Shown here piece by piece: positions 29,398 to 39,503 of a DNA stretch of 64,000 nt. Origin of the DNA: Gammaproteobacteria bacterium (lineage in GTDB: Bacteria > Pseudomonadota > Gammaproteobacteria > JAJFKG01). The notes beneath the pieces were generated by a model that saw nothing but the letters and a program-made list of their open reading frames with translations, was not told where the DNA came from and searched no databases. The DNA lies in the NCBI GenBank assembly GCA_965116795.1, contig OZ220716.1:1450503-1514502 (forward strand). Direction: 5' to 3'. A program made the translations under genes and the position numbers. How positions within the stretch are numbered: the first letter of the stretch is position 1; the number at the start of each line of letters is the position of its first letter.

Positions 29398-30741
29398 TAT
29401 ATGGGCTCGCTGGTATTGCAAGTGTTTTTTAATAACGAAATGAAGTATTGCGTCTATATATCTGGCATCGAAACTAACTTGTTTGTGCCTTAATGATCTG
29501 CGCGCTTTCTCTCCTGGTTAATCTTTTGGCTTTAATAAGCCTTAATGTAAGTTAGGTTTCAAGAAAGCCGGTCTTACCTATTTCATCATTAATACTTGCT
29601 TGCAAATCGTTTGAATCCTTTAATTAAATTAACTATTTCTTATGCAGCAGCACAGTAATCTTTCTGCTTGCTTAATAATGCCCACACAATGCGCGCATTT
29701 CGACTCGCCACTGCAACGGCTGTCTTATTCATACAACTTCGCTCAATTTTCTGTATAATCCATTGACTACGCCTGTCTTGTTTATCTCCACACCTAAGCA
29801 TTACTGAACGGGCACCATGTACAAGTAGTGTACGAATATACTTATTGCCTCGTTTGCTTATCCCAAGTAGCCTATTCTTTTCTCCACTTGAATGTTGTTT
29901 GGGAACTAAGCCTAACCACGCTGCTAAATGACGACCATTTTTAAAATGCTCTATATTTCCTATAGCCGCTATTAATGCACTTGCTGATAAAATACCTATG
30001 CCGGGTATTGTCATTAACCGTTTACAATCTTCATTTGATTCACATAGCTGTTTAATTTCTTTTTCAACATTGCTGATTTGTTTATCGATTAGTTGCAATT
30101 CATTATAAAGATTTGCAAAAAACGACCTTGATAAATCACTCAATTCATTCTCTGCATCTTCAAGAAAATCTTGTAAGCAACTACGGATAACCGATATACC
30201 TTGAGGCGCTATTAAACCATATTCGGCTAACAACCCACGTATTTGGTTAACTAATCCTGTGCGATTATGTACTAATCGACTGCGTATTCGGTGTAAGCCT
30301 TGAATATCTTGTTGCTCAATTGTTTTAATTGGAATGAAACGCATGTGTGACCGACTTGCTGCTTCAGCAATGGCTTGGGCATCATGTGCATCATTCTTAT
30401 TAGCTTTTACGTACGGTTTTATAAACTTTGCATTGATTAACTTAGCTTCATGACCCAAAGAACGAAATTTTCTTGCCCAGTAATGCGCACTTGAACAGGC
30501 CTCCATCGCAATAATACACGGTGGCAGTTGAGCAATTTCTTTAACTAATTTTTCACGACGTAATCTTTTCTTAAACAGCGCTTTCCCCTGTGCATCAATT
30601 CCATGAAGTTGAAATACATTCTTCGCAATATCAATTCCTAATATCTCTATATCCATCTGCAATTCTCCTCTAATTAATAGACTTTCAGTCAAATAATGAC
30701 TCACTGAAAGTCAATGTTAAATAGGCGAGTCCATATCATTA
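29398..30741 (-). mobile_element. IS1111-subgroup IS110 element
   Basis: Sub-terminal IRs ATATGGGCTCGC (29399) / GCGAGTCCATAT (30725); TTA at both junctions; long 3' non-coding region. Confidence 0.9.
29640..30656 (-). CDS. IS110/IS1111 recombinase
   Basis: GIDIAK, MEAC, KNDAHDA, IPGIG, SSG, SKRGN. Confidence 0.95.
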   Translation of the reverse strand: MDIEILGIDIAKNVFQLHGIDAQGKALFKKRLRREKLVKEIAQLPPCIIAMEACSSAHYWARKFRSLGHEAKLINAKFIKPYVKANKNDAHDAQAIAEAASRSHMRFIPIKTIEQQDIQGLHRIRSRLVHNRTGLVNQIRGLLAEYGLIAPQGISVIRSCLQDFLEDAENELSDLSRSFFANLYNELQLIDKQISNVEKEIKQLCESNEDCKRLMTIPGIGILSASALIAAIGNIEHFKNGRHLAAWLGLVPKQHSSGEKNRLLGISKRGNKYIRTLLVHGARSVMLRCGDKQDRRSQWIIQKIERSCMNKTAVAVASRNARIVWALLSKQKDYCAAA

Positions 30742-31547
30742 ATTTGGGTAGCGGGGCGTTACAACGTTCAACACTGCGGCGCAAGGTGAATCGACAAGAG
30801 CATGCTGATGTGCCAGCGGAATTTGTGAAGTGGGTGTATGCTGATGGGCGTAAATTACCAGGTTTGGTGAAACGTAGACGATGTGAGGCGATGTTGTACC
30901 TTGGCGCATTTTTGTGATGAGCGCCATTGTACCCGTGGTCGTGGCTGACTGTGGCAAATCGACATTCTATTTTTGCACAAGCTGTTGGAAATGGTTTGCA
31001 AGTGGGTTGGGTTTGTGGCATAAAGTTGAAATGTGATAGGTCAGGTGGCGTCGTATTGATTATCCTGTCTGTTACCATAACATTTATAACCATAAGTAAG
31101 ATAACCATAACAAAAGATTGATTGCCCCAGGTGCGTTGTTGTCAAGCAAGGAGATGCTTATGGTGGCGGGGTTGTGTATTGTAAGAGGGGCTGTCCCTGT
31201 TTTTCGTCAGTGTGTTAACGCCAGTCTTGGCATTAACGTAGGCCTTTGTTTCTTGTTAAGTATTCCTGTGTTGTTATTAAGGTCACTGGTCTGTGTTGGC
31301 AGGGTGGTGGTTTTTCTGTGTGTTTCTTCTGATGTATTTTCACAGTTAACGTATTGTCAGCGTGCAGTAGTGGCTTGTTATGACGGCGAGGATGAGAACG
31401 GTTGTCTGCTGCTCCCGTGTGGATGTTAGATAATGCGGTTAAAAAGTAGATGGCGAGATTTTGGTGGGACACTTCCCCCGTTCGCCTCTCTGCCGTTAAC
31501 GGTAAGAGTGAAGTGAAACGGGCTTTTGGTTTTTTTTATTTGGCTAA

Positions 31548-32412
31548 GAGCCTGTTCAAAATCCAAGAGTAAAGAGTTAACATCTGCGCTGTTATCATTT
31601 AAGAGGGAGTTAAAATGCGCAGGGGATATCCAAGCGACATAAGTCGAGAGCAATTTGCGTTAATAGAGCCATTATTGCTGAGTGCTAGAAAGCAGACGCG
31701 TCCAAGACAATATGATTTATATGATATTTTCTGTTCGGTACTTTATTTATTGAAAACAGCCTGTCAATGGCGAATGTTGCCCCAAGATTTTCCAAAATGG
31801 CGCAGCGTCCACGCCTATTTTCAAATTTGGAGTGAACAAGTTGATGGAGAACCAAGCCTACTTGAGCAGGCTTTAAAAAAAATTGGTTGCCGAATTACGC
31901 GTTGATGATAATCGCAAAGAAAAAACCAGTTTCTGCATTGTCGATGCGCAAAGTGTAAAAAACACAGATACAGCAGAAAACAAGGGTTACGATGCGGGCA
32001 AGAAGATATCTGGTATCAAGAGACATATTGCTGTGGATACCCAAGGATTACCGCATGCTATTCACATTACAACGGCTAATATAACAGACCGTGCAGGTGC
32101 AATTATTATGTTTACGAAGTCAAAAGACAACTTGAGTACAGTTCAAAATGTGTTAGTGGACGGTGGTTATACGGGGCTCCTTTTTGCTGAGGCGATACAG
32201 GAAATCATTGGTGCGACTGTTGAGGTGGCTAAACGCAGTGAATTACATAAGTTTGCTGTGATACCAAAACGCTGGGTGGTGGAACGTTCATTTGGTTGGA
32301 TTGAAAAATGTCGGCGACTATGGAAAAACTGCGAAAGAAAAATGAATACAAGTTTGCAAATGGTGGTGTTGGCTTTTTTAGTGTTGGCTATTAGAAGATT
32401 TTGAACAGGCTC
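31548..32412 (+). mobile_element. IS5-family element (865 bp)
   Basis: IRs GAGCCTGTTCAAAAT / ATTTTGAACAGGCTC; TAA duplication at 31545 and 32413. Confidence 0.92.
31615..32404 (+). CDS. IS5 transposase, two ORFs joined by a frameshift at the A-run near 31875-31882
   Basis: YPSD, CQWRMLP.DFP.W; DAQSVK, GYDAGKK, KRWVVERSF. Confidence 0.88.
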
Positions 32413-32663
32413 TAAGGATAGGGAGATGGCATGATAAACCCTCATCGGCCAAACAGCTTCGAGTTAGAATAGTAGCTCGGAGCAGATAGGTGATAGGTTG
32501 AATGAAAATCTTAAGGCATTACGACCTTGTCAGGGAGATTAACTCAAACTTACCACCGAACGGCCACCATGAGGCATTATGACCTCGCATAGGAGTTTGG
32601 TGTTTAGCCGATATTGATTCTACTCCGAATGGTATTAGAAATACACCAATTGGAGGAAAAGGG

Positions 32664-34563
32664 ATGACAAGATATATTGGAGTTGACTTGCATACGAATA
32701 GTTTAACAGCATGTTATTTAGGTGATGGTGAAGAAATGCGTTTTAAAACGTATGGACTTACTGGTGCAGCGTTGCGATGTTTTAAGCAAAGCTTACAAGC
32801 AAATGATGAGCTTGCTGTTGAGACGACAGGTAATACGGAATTTTTCATTGAACAGATAGAGGATTCAGTAGCACGTGTTGTAGTGGTGAATCCACGGGAA
32901 TTTAGAGTGATCCGAGACTCAGTAAAAAAGACAGATAGGCACGATGCAAAGGCATTGGCCTACTTTCTGAGTAAAGATATGTTGCCAGAGGCGCGCAGGA
33001 AATCGAAAACTTATCAACAAGTAGGTGGTTTGTCGCAAACGCGTGATAAGTTTGTCAAATCCAGAACCTTTTTTATGAATAAAGTCCACGGGATTTTGAA
33101 TGGATGTGGTATCAAGTTAAAGAAAGAAAAACTGGGTACAGCAAAAGGATTAGAGCAAGTTCTGGGTGCGCGCCACGAAGCGCTGTATTACTAGCGGTTG
33201 AAAGTACCGCCGGTGAAGTAGAGCCCACTACACACCGTACTGAGTCTTGGGCGAGCTGTGGTAACACAGTTGGTTAAGCGTAGATAGGGAGATATTAGGC
33301 CGTAGGCGAAAGCCGAAGTGATTGAGCCTCGAAAATTTGCTTGTCGGAGTGGTCGATGGTTTGCCTTAGCCAGAAGACAACACCACGCATGACGAAATGG
33401 GAAGCCATGCGTAGCACTCCCGGGGTCCGAGAGCATGGCATGATATTAAAGTAATACAGTGAACGTGGGAGGTCCTGATTATTCGCAAAGGAAAGCGTAT
33501 TAGACAACAAGCTTAACAGCAAGGCGTCTGAAAAGATAATCAGGAAGTCAGAGGAGGCATAGTATTGAAGAAGATGGGTAATGCCATTGGAGAGAAGGCC
33601 TCCAGGCAAGCAACACCTCGAGAGGGACACGTGATGAGAACAACAGATTCTCAACTAACAACGGCAACGCAACTTGAGAGGATAGCTTGGTTGTCCGCGC
33701 AAGATAAGGTAAAGATATTTAGGTGTTTAATGCACCATGTCGATGCTGAGTCCTTGCGGGCATGTTACTCCCTGTTGGATGGAAGAAAGCAACAGGAGTA
33801 GATGGGATGACAAAGGAGCAATATGATAAATGAGTTTATCATCTACTTTTTTTTGAAGTTCACAATCAGTGAAACGGAGTTTGTCGTGAGCCCATTGCCT
33901 TAATAGGGCACGATGTGGTTCTAACGAGGAGCCGGGGCACAAGTGAACTAAGAGCAAGATAATGTGACACCATCATAGGAAACCAGATGGAAACAGTGAA
34001 AACGAACTTTGCTCTAAGGTACGCGAGGAACCGGCTTACTCACTTATGAGTTAGACGAAGTATCGAGTTTTGAGATTAAGATGCTAGTTACTCAAATCCG
34101 TTCGTTAAGCGTCTCCATTAAAGGGCTGGACAAGAAACTTGTTGAGATAGGCAGTCGCCTGAAAGGACACAAGAATTTGACAAGTATTAAAGGTATTGGT
34201 GAACGCTCGGCGGCTATATTGCTGTCAGCGATCGGAGACATTAATGATTTTGCAGACGAAGGAAAGCTATCGGCTTACTTTGGTATTGTTCCACGTGTAT
34301 CTAATTCGAATGAGACTCAACGTAGTGGTCGGATCACTAAACGAGGCACAAAAATAGGTCGCACGACGCTGGTGCAGTGCACATTAGTTGCGATCCGATA
34401 TAGTGATTATTTACGGCGATTTTACGAGAAGATTAAACGAAAAAAAGGAAGTGGTAAGGCAATTATTGCAACAGCTAGGAAATTACTGGGGATCATTTAT
34501 AACACCTTGAAGAATGATTGGGTGTTTGAGGATTTTGGAAATTTTGTGCTAGTTAGTCATTAA
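32664..34563 (+). CDS. IS110 recombinase interrupted by a group II intron (exons 32664-33167 and 34045-34563; 340 aa when spliced)
   Basis: IGVDLH, ETTG, KTDRHDA | IKGIG, SNS, ITKRG, ATARK; junction reads L-G-Y. Confidence 0.88.
33168..34044 (+). mobile_element. Group II intron, RT mostly deleted, copy 1 (877 nt)
   Basis: Starts (GT)GCGCG. Domain V-like GAGCCCATTGCCTTAATAGGGCACGATGTGGTTC at 33888-33921. Ends CTTACTCACT. Same sequence as 48082-48958. Confidence 0.88.
33634..33832 (+). pseudogene. N-terminal remnant of group II intron reverse transcriptase
   Basis: TQLERIA...F..LMHH...L.ACY..LDG, then frameshifted KATGVDGMTKEQY; no YADD domain. Confidence 0.8.
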
Positions 34564-34700
34564 AGGTCTGTGAATATGTGGACAACGCTACGCGTTGACA
34601 CACGATATTCACAGACATAGCAATAAAATTTATCTTTATTAGAAGAAAAGATAAAGAAATATGGATATCGGAGTTGAATTTCAACATAGGAGTTAGAGGG

Positions 34701-37700
34701 ATGTTTAAACAAGCAAAACAAGCAGGACAGTGCATGGGTACCTGGGAGGGGCATGCGAAGCCTGTTAGAGCCTTGGCGGTGCTGGATAATGGACTTATCT
34801 TAAGTGGGAGTTTTGATGAAACCATTAAGTGTTGGAAGATTGATGAGAGAGGGCAAGCGAAGTGTATTGGCACCTGGGAGGGGCATACGAGTTATGTTTA
34901 TGCCTTGGCGGTGCTGGACAATGGATTTGTCTTAAGTGGAAGTAGGGATAGCACCATTAAGTGTTGGAAGGTCGATGAGACAGGCAAGGCGCAGTGTATT
35001 GGGTCCTGGAAGGGGCATACGGAGTCTGTTAGAGCCTTGGCGGTGCTGGACAATGGACTGGTCTTAAGTGGTGGTCAGGATAGAACCATTAAGTGTTGGA
35101 AAGTCGATAAGACAGGACAGGCTCAATGTGTGGGCACCTGGGAGGAGCATGCGGGTGACATTAATGCCTTGGTGGTGCTGGACAATGGATTTGTCTTAAG
35201 TGCAAGCAAAGATAAAACCATTAAGTGTTGGAAGGTCGATGAGACAGGACAGGCGCGGTGTATGGGTACCTGGGAGGGGCATGCGGGTTTTGTTAATGTC
35301 TTGGCGGTATTGGACAATGGATTTGTCTTAAGTGGAAGTGATGATAAAACCATTAAGTGTTGGCAGGTGGATAAGACAGGACAGGCGCGGTGTACGAGTA
35401 CTTGGAAGGGGCATACGAGTTGGGTTAATGCCTTGGCGGTGCTGGACAATGGATTTGTGATAAGTGGAAGTGGGGACAACACCATTAAGTATTGGAAGGT
35501 CGATGAGACAGGTAAGGCGATTAGTACTTGGAAGGGGCATACGGATTATGTTACTGCCTTGGCGGTGCTGGAGAATGGATTTATCTTAAGTACAAGTTTT
35601 GATAACACCATTAAGTGTTGGAAGGGGGTGCCTATTCCTGAAGCAGTGCAGGAGAAGAAGAAAGCGGCTAGACAAGAAAGAAAATTGGGATTTGAGAAGC
35701 GGTTAGCGCAGCAAGATAAGCAGGCTAAACAGTCTCAAGCTAAGAAGTTATTGCCCAGCGGTGGTTCGTCGTCCAGTAGTCATGCATCTTCTGTTAGTTC
35801 ATCGAGTGCTTTACAGGCTAGTGCATCGTCAGGTAGGCAAGTGAGTCAAGGTGAGAGGGATGCGAGTAGTGTTATCGCCAAGGAAGCAGGGCGGTGTATT
35901 AGCACCTGGGAGGGGCATGCGAAGGCTGTTAAAGCCTTGGCGGTGCTGGATAATGGATTTGTGATAAGTGGAAGTCAGGATGTCACCATTAAATGTTGGA
36001 AAGTTGATGAGACAGGACAAGCGCAGTGTTTGAGCACCTGGCGGGGACATGGGGATTCTGTTTATGCTTTGGCGGTGCTGGACAATGGATTTGTCTTAAG
36101 TGGGAGTGAGGATAAAACCATTAAGTGTTGGAAGATCAATGAGACAGGACAGGCGCAGTGTATTGGCACCTGGCAGGAGCATACGGGTACTGTTTATGCT
36201 TTGGCAGTGCTGGACAATGGATTTGTGATAAGTGGAAGTAAGGATGACACCATTAAGTGTTGGAAGGTCGATGAGGCAGGTAAGGCGCAGTGTATTGGCA
36301 CCTGGCTGGGGCATAGGGGTGGTGTTAGAGCCTTGACGTTGCTGGGCAATGGATTTGTCTTAAGTGGAAGTGAGGATAAAACCATTAAGTGTTGGGAGGT
36401 CGATGAGACAGGACAGGCGCAGTGTATCGGCACCTGGCAAGGGCATACGGAGCCTGTTTATGCCTTGGCGATGCTGGAGAATGGATTTGTCTTCAGTGGA
36501 GGTGGATTTGGGGATAACACCATTAAGTGTTGGGAGGTCGATGAGACAGGACAGGCGCAGTGTATCGGCACCTGGGAGAAGCATACGGGTAGTGTTTATG
36601 CCTTGGCGGTGCTGGACAATGGCTTTGTGGTAAGTGGGAGTTTTGATGAAACCATTAAGTGTTGGGAGGTCGATGAGACAGGTAAGACGAAGTGTATTGG
36701 TACTTGGAAGGGGCATACGAGTTCTGTTACTGCCTTGGCGGTGCTGGACAATGGCTTTGTGGTAAGTGGGAGTTTTGATGAAACCATTAAGTGTTGGAAA
36801 GGGGTGCCGGTGCCGCAGGCGGTGCAAGCAATGAAGGTGGAAGAGGAAGTGAGTGTGCCAACTCCTTCGTCTGCCTCATCATCATCTGCTTCAAAGAAAA
36901 GTCGCAGTGAAGAAGAGAGTAAAGAAGAGAGCGTCAGGAAAAAAGAAAGGGCAGGCAAGGAAAAGAAAGAAAAACGCACGAAGAAGAAAAAAGAAAAAAA
37001 AGAAAGTGATGGCAAGAAAAAGAAATCCAGCCGTCGTCATCGCGACTCAGAAGCCGCACTGCCGACATTGCCCAAAGGGGAAGTAAAAGCCCTGCACGGG
37101 TATCTGGCCCCCGCTGATTCGGGTCAATTATCGTTACAATCCGGTGAGAAACTCACCCTGTTGAGTGATGGCGGGAATTGGTGGCGCTGTCGCAATAAAA
37201 GCGGCGTGGAAGGGGTAGTCCCGAGTAATTATGTGGAAAGGGTGCAAGCTAACAGTCCTCAGGCAGATGTAGAAGCGGCCTTGCCTCCGTTGCCGGTTAC
37301 TTCGCCTAGTCCAAGTCAGGAAAAGCGATACGTTAAGGCGTTGTATGCGTACCAATCCATGCAACCTGAGCGCCTGAGTTTCACGGTAGATGAGTGTTTT
37401 GAAGTGGTACAAAAAATGCCGCAGAGTGGTTGGTGTGAAGGGGTGAAGTTTGATGGGGCTCGTGGATTAGCCCCGATGAATTACCTTGGCGTCATTAGCA
37501 CAGAAGAAACGATACAATGGTTGTCTTCGCAACAAGGGAGTGGCTCAAAGGGGAGTTCAAGTCACAGTCAAGAGTCTACCTCGTCAGGTTCATCGTTGGG
37601 CCATTCCACATCCAGTGGTAGTCGTCATCAATCGCACAAGTCGAAGTCAGATGTCAATGAAGAAGGTAGGCCCAGTGTTAATGAGATTCCGTATGAAGAG

Positions 37701-39305
37701 TTGGATTTTACAAAGAGCAAGCGATTGGGCAAAGGCGGATTTGGCGAAGTGCGTCGTGCTTTATGGAATGGTGACGAGGTTGCGGTAAAGACCTTGTTTG
37801 AAGATGAATTGGAGCCGGAGATGAAGCGGGATTTTCTCAGTGAAGCGAGCATGATGATGAAGCTGAATAGCCCGAACATTGTGCGCTTGTTTGGGGTAAC
37901 TATTAATCCGTATTGCATGGTGATGGAGTTATTGGACAGAGGGTCGCTGCATGGATTATTACACAGTAAAGAGCCGTTGCCTTGGTCGTTGCGGCACCAA
38001 TTTGCGTTCGATATTGCCAAGGGGTTGGCGTTTTTACACAAACGAGATGTGTTGCATCGCGACTTAAAGGGTATGAATGTACTATTAGATGGGCGTTACA
38101 AGGCAAAGTTATCAGATTTTGGTTTATCTAGGGTAAGGAAAGATACTTTATCTCGACAAAGTCTTGCCCCGGGTTTTGCTGGAACGTTGGAGTGGATAGC
38201 CCCGGAGTTATTTCAAGGCGCAAAGGGCACAAAGGCGTGTGATGTGTACAGTTATGCAATGACAGTGTGGGAGATATTGAGCCGGAAAATGCCATATCAA
38301 TCAATTGATAAGCGCCATCCTATGGCGATGTATACCATAGGTGATATGGTCAAAAGTGGTGGACGGGAAGTCATTCCTGTGGGAACGCCGTCGGTGTTAT
38401 CTGATTTAACTGCGCGGTGTTGGGCGCCAGAGCCGACTAAGCGACCTGTCATGTCTGAGGTGGTTAATTTGTTAGAATCAAACCCAATAACGGATGCTGA
38501 ATTTCCCCTTGTGCCTGAAAAGGCTCCATCTGCACAACAAGGTGGGGGTTATGGTGTGAGTTCAGGGAAGGTGGGCGATGCTGCGCCACCCCCGTTACCT
38601 TCTCCGCCGCCTGTGCCAGGACAAGTGCCGTTGTCAGGTGGCGGGTATGGAATGGTCTCAACCAATGTGGGTAGGCAAGTACCGCCTACCTCAGATGGAG
38701 TGCTTTCGGGTGGTTACGCACCGTCGATGAATGCGCCTCCTGTGCCAACGCCAGGTAGTAGTGCGATGGGAGGCTATGGGGCATCAACAGCGGCGCCATT
38801 ACCAACAATGTCAAGTAATCCGTATGGGTTTCATTCAACGACACCATCACCTCAACGGACTGTGCCACAACAATCAGCAGCACCTCAGGGTGGAGGCTAT
38901 GGGATGATATCAGTGCAAGCTGGCGATGCTGCACCGTTACCTTCTCCGCCGCCTGCGCCAGGACAAGCGCCGTTATCAGGTGGCGGGTATGGAATGGTCT
39001 CAACCAATGTGGGTGGACCAGTACCGCCTACCCCAGGTGGGATGCTTTCGGGTGGTTACGCACCGTCGGTGAATACACCGCCTGTGCCAACAACGCCAGG
39101 CAGCGGTGCGATGGGAGGCTATGGTGCATCAATGACCGCTGCTCCATTACCGACGGTATCAAGCAATCCGTATGGGTTTCATTCAGGAGCTGTTTCACCA
39201 CCGCAACCAGCTGTGCCACAACAATCGCCTGTCCCTCAGGGTGGAGGCTATGGGATGGACTCAGTGCAAGGGAGTGCGCCACCGCCACTACCTCCGGCAC
39301 CATAG
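34701..39305 (+). CDS. Eukaryote-like protein: 2x7 WD40 repeats, Lys-rich linker, two SH3 domains, TKL-type protein kinase, Pro/Gly/Tyr-rich tail
   Basis: GH...V.ALAV...SGS.D.TIKCW repeats; ALHGY..LSL..GE..WW..GVVPSNYV and ALYAY..LSF..GW..GLAPMNYL; GKGGFG, VAVK, HRDLK, DFG, WIAPE. Confidence 0.9.
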   Translation: MFKQAKQAGQCMGTWEGHAKPVRALAVLDNGLILSGSFDETIKCWKIDERGQAKCIGTWEGHTSYVYALAVLDNGFVLSGSRDSTIKCWKVDETGKAQCIGSWKGHTESVRALAVLDNGLVLSGGQDRTIKCWKVDKTGQAQCVGTWEEHAGDINALVVLDNGFVLSASKDKTIKCWKVDETGQARCMGTWEGHAGFVNVLAVLDNGFVLSGSDDKTIKCWQVDKTGQARCTSTWKGHTSWVNALAVLDNGFVISGSGDNTIKYWKVDETGKAISTWKGHTDYVTALAVLENGFILSTSFDNTIKCWKGVPIPEAVQEKKKAARQERKLGFEKRLAQQDKQAKQSQAKKLLPSGGSSSSSHASSVSSSSALQASASSGRQVSQGERDASSVIAKEAGRCISTWEGHAKAVKALAVLDNGFVISGSQDVTIKCWKVDETGQAQCLSTWRGHGDSVYALAVLDNGFVLSGSEDKTIKCWKINETGQAQCIGTWQEHTGTVYALAVLDNGFVISGSKDDTIKCWKVDEAGKAQCIGTWLGHRGGVRALTLLGNGFVLSGSEDKTIKCWEVDETGQAQCIGTWQGHTEPVYALAMLENGFVFSGGGFGDNTIKCWEVDETGQAQCIGTWEKHTGSVYALAVLDNGFVVSGSFDETIKCWEVDETGKTKCIGTWKGHTSSVTALAVLDNGFVVSGSFDETIKCWKGVPVPQAVQAMKVEEEVSVPTPSSASSSSASKKSRSEEESKEESVRKKERAGKEKKEKRTKKKKEKKESDGKKKKSSRRHRDSEAALPTLPKGEVKALHGYLAPADSGQLSLQSGEKLTLLSDGGNWWRCRNKSGVEGVVPSNYVERVQANSPQADVEAALPPLPVTSPSPSQEKRYVKALYAYQSMQPERLSFTVDECFEVVQKMPQSGWCEGVKFDGARGLAPMNYLGVISTEETIQWLSSQQGSGSKGSSSHSQESTSSGSSLGHSTSSGSRHQSHKSKSDVNEEGRPSVNEIPYEELDFTKSKRLGKGGFGEVRRALWNGDEVAVKTLFEDELEPEMKRDFLSEASMMMKLNSPNIVRLFGVTINPYCMVMELLDRGSLHGLLHSKEPLPWSLRHQFAFDIAKGLAFLHKRDVLHRDLKGMNVLLDGRYKAKLSDFGLSRVRKDTLSRQSLAPGFAGTLEWIAPELFQGAKGTKACDVYSYAMTVWEILSRKMPYQSIDKRHPMAMYTIGDMVKSGGREVIPVGTPSVLSDLTARCWAPEPTKRPVMSEVVNLLESNPITDAEFPLVPEKAPSAQQGGGYGVSSGKVGDAAPPPLPSPPPVPGQVPLSGGGYGMVSTNVGRQVPPTSDGVLSGGYAPSMNAPPVPTPGSSAMGGYGASTAAPLPTMSSNPYGFHSTTPSPQRTVPQQSAAPQGGGYGMISVQAGDAAPLPSPPPAPGQAPLSGGGYGMVSTNVGGPVPPTPGGMLSGGYAPSVNTPPVPTTPGSGAMGGYGASMTAAPLPTVSSNPYGFHSGAVSPPQPAVPQQSPVPQGGGYGMDSVQGSAPPPLPPAP

Positions 39306-39503
39306 AGAGTGCGCAGGTGGATGATATGACAGCATTGCTCCCACAGGCAAGGGTAGTTTTTAATAAAAAAAGAGGAGAGGGCTTGATAGTTACTCACTGT
39401 TGTGAGAGCGCACACTGTCTTCTCGAATACTAAGGATAGCGTGATGGTTTTATTTTTTAAGATGAGTTAACCCGTTTTTGACAAATAAGCAAGGAGAGAC
39501 AGT

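Larger units (their letters stand above)
2344..30917 (+). mobile_element. Lambda-like prophage morphogenesis and lysis module (att ends not identified)
   Basis: Complete co-oriented gene order from cos to lysozyme. Confidence 0.92.
29130..30917 (+). pseudogene. GH24 phage lysozyme split by IS110/IS1111 (29130-29397 + 30742-30917)
   Basis: FEG..Y.CPAG.PTIGYGH...ALVSFTF | NLGSGALQRSTL...GLVKRRRCE; in frame after removal of the IS. Confidence 0.92.

Noticed and set aside
30927-31545. Overlapping short ORFs after the lysozyme, as spanins or a prophage att site
   Set aside because: No lipobox or convincing frame; no matching att repeat in the window.
33634-33832. RT fragment as a DGR or retron
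   Set aside because: It lies inside group II intron RNA domains and lacks the catalytic core; no template/variable repeat pair was seen near the tail fibre.
33191-33957. Minus-strand ORFs, repeated at 48105-48871
   Set aside because: Antisense to the intron RNA; no recognisable protein features.
34720-36805. Regularly spaced DNA repeats as a CRISPR array
   Set aside because: They are in-frame WD40 coding repeats without unique spacers; no cas genes. The same applies to the ankyrin and FG-GAP repeats.
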